Part shown: in pieces, positions 59,420 through 64,000 of the stretch
How positions within the stretch are numbered: the first letter of the stretch is position 1
Layout: every line of letters begins with the position of its first letter
NCBI GenBank assembly: GCA_020891255.1
Contig: BQFW01000015.1
Coordinates: forward strand, 1,488,001-1,552,000
DNA length: 64,000 bases
DNA from: Entomortierella parvispora E1425
Taxonomy: Eukaryota > Fungi > Mortierellomycota
Reading direction: 5' to 3'
The notes under the pieces: model-generated
Databases searched by the model: none
Told to the model about the DNA's origin: nothing
What the model saw: the letters and a program-made list of their open reading frames with translations, nothing else
Translations under genes and position numbers: made by a program

Positions 59420-61329
59420 TTACAGCTTGGCTGTGGGTGGGCGTGCATTAAGAGAAGGGGAAAAAAAGTGCGCCATAGAGTCAGTCAATCTGACTGTCTG
59501 TCGGTCATGGTCAACCTCCAACCGAACCGTGTCCTTGTCAATAACAGGGGCATCGTTGTTTGAACTGTACCTTTGGCAGCTGCAGCGCCTGGGTTGGCTG
59601 CATTGGGCGCGTACTTTTTCTTATCATAGAGGACCCATTGCGCCCAGGAGAGCTTCTTCTCAGTATATGGCTGGTAGTGGAGAAACAACGCAACACTGTG
59701 GTCAGTCCTTGAACATTTTGAATGACCCCCCCATCTATCAAGACAATTGGTAGAAACTCACGGGATAGCGGATATTGTTGACCTTCTCCATGGCCTGCTT
59801 CTTGATCAACGTTCCGCGCTCATGCGAAAAGATGTCAAACGATCTCTGACCATGGTAGTTGCCAATGCCTGAAGGTCCTGTTCCTCCAAAGGGCATGCTC
59901 GTGACCACAAACTGCGTCAATGCATCGTTCACAACTACACTTCCAGATCGGGTGTTGTCCAAGATATGATCAATCGTCTTCTGGTTCTTGCTGAACACAT
60001 ACAATGCCAGGGGCTGGTCTCCCTTGTTCACATGGTCAATTCCCTGCTGCATCGAGTCCACGATCATTATGGGCAAGATGGGTCCAAAGAGCTCACTCTC
60101 CATCAAGGCATCATCCGGTTGAACATTCAGAACGATAGTTGGGTGCAAGAACAGATCCGACTCATCATTGTGGCCCCCGATCACGACCTCGCCTCGGGTG
60201 CGCTTCAACACATTCATCAATCGGTTGTAGTGTTGGTTGTTGACAATGCGACCATACGAGCCTGATGTTTGAGGATTGCCTTGGTAAAACTCCTGGATCG
60301 TGGCCCTCAATTGCTTCACAAGTTCCTGTTCGATGCCTCGTTCGACAATCAAGTAATCGGGTGCGATGCAAGTCTGGCCACAGTTGTAAAACTTGGACCA
60401 GACCAATCGACGAGCTGTCAGTGCCACATCCGTGTCCTTGGCAACGAACACTGGACTGTAGTGTGAAAAAAAAAAAAAAAATAAAGGGTCATCAACGGAG
60501 CTACTTTCTCAAGGTCACTGGGAACCGGGACAGAGCTCTTACCTCTTTCCTCCCAACTCCAATGTCACGGGCGTCAGTTGTTTGGCTGCTGCTGCCATGA
60601 TGATCCTTCCAATGGATCCACTGCCAGTGTAAAAGATGTGATCAAATTTGTGTTCCAAAACCAAGGTCGTCTCCACAGCTGCGCCATTGATGATTCTGTA
60701 GGCCCTCTGATCCAAATAAACGGGCAACAATTTTGTAATCAAAGCTGCAGTATGAGGAGCCACCTCTGATGGTTTCAGTAATACAGTGTTGCCGGCCGCA
60801 ATGGCTCCCACCGCAGGGGCCAGTAACAGATTCAAGGGATAGTTCCAAGCACCAATGATCAAGACCATACCCAAAGGCTCCTTTCGGATATGAGGTCCAT
60901 CCAATCGATTCAAGAGAGTGCCCTTGACCTTTTGAGGCTTGGCCCAGTTATCAAGCTCCTTGATGGCATCTACACACTCTTGCTTGACCATCCCGGCCTC
61001 ACCGAGCATCAACTCCATTGGAGGCTTGTGAAGGTCCAGATAGGAAGCCTCACGGAATGCGGCCTCATTCTCGGCCACGAGGTTGTGTAAACCCTTGAGT
61101 TGCTCTTTGCGGTATTGAAGAGGTTTAGTCAAGCCCGACTGGAAAGTTGCGCGGAGCTCTTGGATAATCTACGGGAACAAAGTGATCATACGCGTTCCAA
61201 ACGCGGGCTAATGTTAAGGAAATAAAATATAAAAAAAAAACCCCCTCGAGAGCGAAAGGAGAAAAAAAAGGTGGACCGAATCCGAACCTTGGGGATGTCA
61301 TCGACAGGGGTGAAGGCGAGAGCGGTCAT
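59420..61329 (-). CDS. Fatty aldehyde dehydrogenase (ALDH3/Hfd1-like); spliced C-terminus AKL
   Basis: GAWNYP, LKPSE, FYTGS, TLELGGK (catalytic Glu), KFYNCGQTCIAPDY (catalytic Cys), ELFGP, PFGGTGPSGIGNYHG. A last intron 59570-59431 gives ...AAAKAKL-TAA. Confidence 0.93.
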
Positions 61330-61609
61330 GCTGGCACGAAGGGTTAGGAATGGAACGGTGAATTGTGGAGAATGAAAGGAATGGGCTGGAAGCAAGATGG
61401 AGAACTGCCACAGAATTGAAATTTTTGTCTGTGCTGGCCCAGTGTCTTGGCTCGGCTCGGACCACAATTTGGCACTTTCTGTCCATTTCGGCGCGATCAC
61501 ATCCATACAACCCATACACGACCCACCCATCCTCCGGACTGGCAGAACACGCAACTCTTCGGGATTATTATTGGTTTATACAGGTATTGGACGACGCATT
61601 GTCGATCAT

Positions 61610-63602
61610 CTAGCAAAAGAACTGCTTGTAAAGTGGATTGTTTGTCTCTTCTACCCAGTGGTAGTTGAGCTGCGCAAGATAGTTTGCGAACTCATCGTTG
61701 TCTGCCTCTGGTACTTGCAAGCCAGCCAGGACCTTGCCCATGTCTATAGATCAACAGCAATGGGACAATGGTATTAGTTTTTTTTTTGCTTTCCTGTCTT
61801 GTCTCGAAGAGATGTTCAAGTATATAGCACTACGATCAAAACTCAAGGGAAACTTACCAGAACCATGGTTGCGGTAGTGGAACAAGGACACGTTCCAACC
61901 AGCTCGCAGACCCTCCAAGAACTGCAACAACGCACCTGGACGCTCAGGGAACTCGAATCGGAACATGCGCTCGTTCTCGGCCTCTGAGCGACCTCCGATC
62001 ATGTACCTAGCGTGGCTCTTGGCCATCTCGTCCTCACTAATATCCCAGGCCTGCATGTCCTCTTTAGCCAATGCCTCCATGATCAGAGGTACCTCCTTCT
62101 TGCGATCCTGGCAAAGAAAAGACATGTAGATCTGGGCCCTCCTGTTGGGTGCGTAGCGATAAGAGAACTCGGTGACCATCAAGGGGTGGATATGCTTGTA
62201 GAGTCTCAAGAAAGCGCCAGGTGTCTCGGGGATAACAACAGACATCAAGGCTTCTTTTTGTTCTCCCAAGAGAGCACGTTCTGCTACGAAGCGAAGACGC
62301 TCAAAGTTCATGTTGGCACCGGAGGTGACGGCGACACAGGTCTTTTGAGTGAGCTTATGCTCACGCAGGTATTTTTTGCAGGCAGCCACGGCCAGTCCTC
62401 CCGCAGGCTCGACAATCGAGCGGGTATCCTCAAAGATGTCCTTGATCGCAGCACAGATCTACACGACAGAAAAGAAGAAAAAAAGATACCAATCAGTCGA
62501 TTCATCTCGAGAGAAAGAGAGAGCACTGCACTTCGCCCACTGGACGGAAATCCAGTCTGCACGAGCTTAATTTGGCAGGCAATCGCAAATCACGGGCAAA
62601 TGAACGGTGCACGGGAGAGGAGGCAGGGAGGCAGGGTTCAAATGTGTCACAGATAAGAGACTTCTTTCGGCATGCTATTGCCCTTACCTCGTCGTTGGTC
62701 ACCTCCACCATCTCGTCCACAAGGTCGCGGCAGAGTCGGAAGGGCTCCTCTCCTACTACCTTGACCGCCGCTCCATCTGCAAACAACCCAACATCGGTCA
62801 GGGTCACTCTCTTGCCTACAGCTAAACTTTGAGTCATGGCGTTGGCATCCACGGTTTCGCAACCAATAATCTTGATATGAGGCGCTACCCGCTTCACATA
62901 GGCAGCGATTCCAGCAATCAATCCACCGCCACCAACAGAGCAAAAGATGGCATGGATCTCCTGCAGGTTGTGTTGTCTCAAGATCTCAGCGCCAATGGTT
63001 CCCTGCCCTGCGATCACATAAGGATCATCGAACGGTGGGATGTTGGTAAGATTCTCCAAGGCCGACAGACGTTCACATTCGGCTTTAGCCTCGTCAAAGT
63101 TTTTGCCGTGCAAGATCACCCTTGATCCCAGTCTTAATACGTTCCGAGACTTGATTTCGGGCGTAGGGGTCGGCATCACAATGGTAGCCTTGATCCCCAT
63201 CGTCTTGGCAGCCGAGGCCACACCCTGGGCATGGTTTCCGGCCGAACAAGCAATAACACCCCGACTCTTTTCCTCGTCGGTCAGATGTGCCACCTTGTTG
63301 TAGGCTCCACGGATCTTGAAACTGAATACGTCCTGAAGATCCTCCCGTTTAAGATAGATCTGATTATGGGTCCTGTTGGAGAGGTTGACGGCATGGGTCA
63401 AGGGCGTTTGCTTCAAGATCTCGTAGCATCGAGCAGTGAGGATCAGGCGAAGGTAATCTGGATATTGGTTGTCGAGAGGGGAGGGCGAGACACAAATGGG
63501 TGTTCCTGGTAAGGACTTTGTGCGAACGTAGGGAGGTACGTAGGTCGAAGTCTGATCCTTGAGTCCCCCTTCGGCGACGGCGTTTGGTAATGAGGTGGTC
63601 AT
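61610..63602 (-). CDS. ILV1: Biosynthetic threonine dehydratase (deaminase)
   Basis: [21 protein letters not shown] (PLP Lys), [32 protein letters not shown], and ACT-like regulatory domains ([19 protein letters not shown]). TAG at 61612-61610. Confidence 0.96.
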
Positions 63603-63835
63603 GGCGTGTGTAATGGTGAAGGGTGGTGATCGAATCGAAAGAGAAAGGAAGAAAGTGAAGTTTTGAGCTTGGACTGGAAGGAGGTTATAGCGATTCGTAG
63701 ATATGGTTTCTCTTCTGTCAATTTACTCATGGGCAGTCACATAGTGAGTAATATATGGCAAGGTGCCTTTTTTATCATAGAGAGCACTGGCCCAAACACC
63801 TATCCTACGTTCTGCAAATGGACACGGGCAAAAGT

Positions 63836-64000
63836 CTAGTAAGGGCGGTAAAAGACCTTGTCCCAGAGCTTTGTATCTTTGAAGGAGCCGCGTCTGTCGA
63901 CAAAGAAGGCCATACGTTCCTTCTTGGATCCCAGCATGATATGAGCGCTCGACCCTTCCTTGAGAGGCGACGTTCCTTGAGGCCCAACATTGGTCAGGAG
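63836..64000 (-). CDS. 3' end of an unidentified gene running off the window (...HIMLGSKKERMAFFVDRRGSFKDTKLWDKVFYRPY*)
   Basis: 55 stop-free codons from base 64000 to TAG at 63838-63836, with protein-like composition. Family not recognised. Confidence 0.5.
   Translation of the reverse strand, partial: LLTNVGPQGTSPLKEGSSAHIMLGSKKERMAFFVDRRGSFKDTKLWDKVFYRPY

Noticed and set aside
3631-61329. Apparent lipid-themed gene cluster (RCE1, DIP2, Sym1-like, TAM41, fatty ALDH)
   Set aside because: The genes are dispersed among unrelated housekeeping genes and serve different organelles and pathways; no backbone biosynthetic enzyme. DIP2 is not an NRPS (no carrier or condensation domain seen).

Overview
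Gene-dense, intron-containing eukaryotic DNA (GT-AG introns with CTRAC branch points and long poly-A/T tracts). Gene content and intron style point to an early-diverging fungus, most likely Mortierellaceae; this is inference, not a database hit. About 26 protein-coding genes were reconstructed by hand. Housekeeping genes include a rhomboid protease, RPL8/eL8, RCE1, a glycine-rich RRM protein, DIP2/CMR2, a DHA2-type MFS transporter, ARP4, a WBP4-like zinc finger, an O-fucosyltransferase, TAM41, ADE12, a fatty aldehyde dehydrogenase and ILV1. Three accessory features stand out. (1) A 12.7-kb head-to-tail array of six intact secreted DUF3712/LEA_2-like genes (13705-26434); each has a signal peptide, a dibasic Kex2-type site, a 2-Cys hairpin and a conserved 12-nt microexon, and the central four form a duplicated A-B gene pair. 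(2) A tandem trio of intronless genes (34623-37059) with an unrecognised beta-rich N-terminal domain, a linker (PPxY in two of three) and a C-terminal ubiquitin-like domain ending RGS/RSS rather than GG. (3) An Mpv17/Sym1 channel homologue carrying a ~400-aa LEA-like insert with six 126-bp His-rich repeats. Also notable are a spliced-in PTS1 (AKL) on the aldehyde dehydrogenase and two genes whose ATG is split by an intron. No tRNA, rRNA, CRISPR or transposon could be supported.
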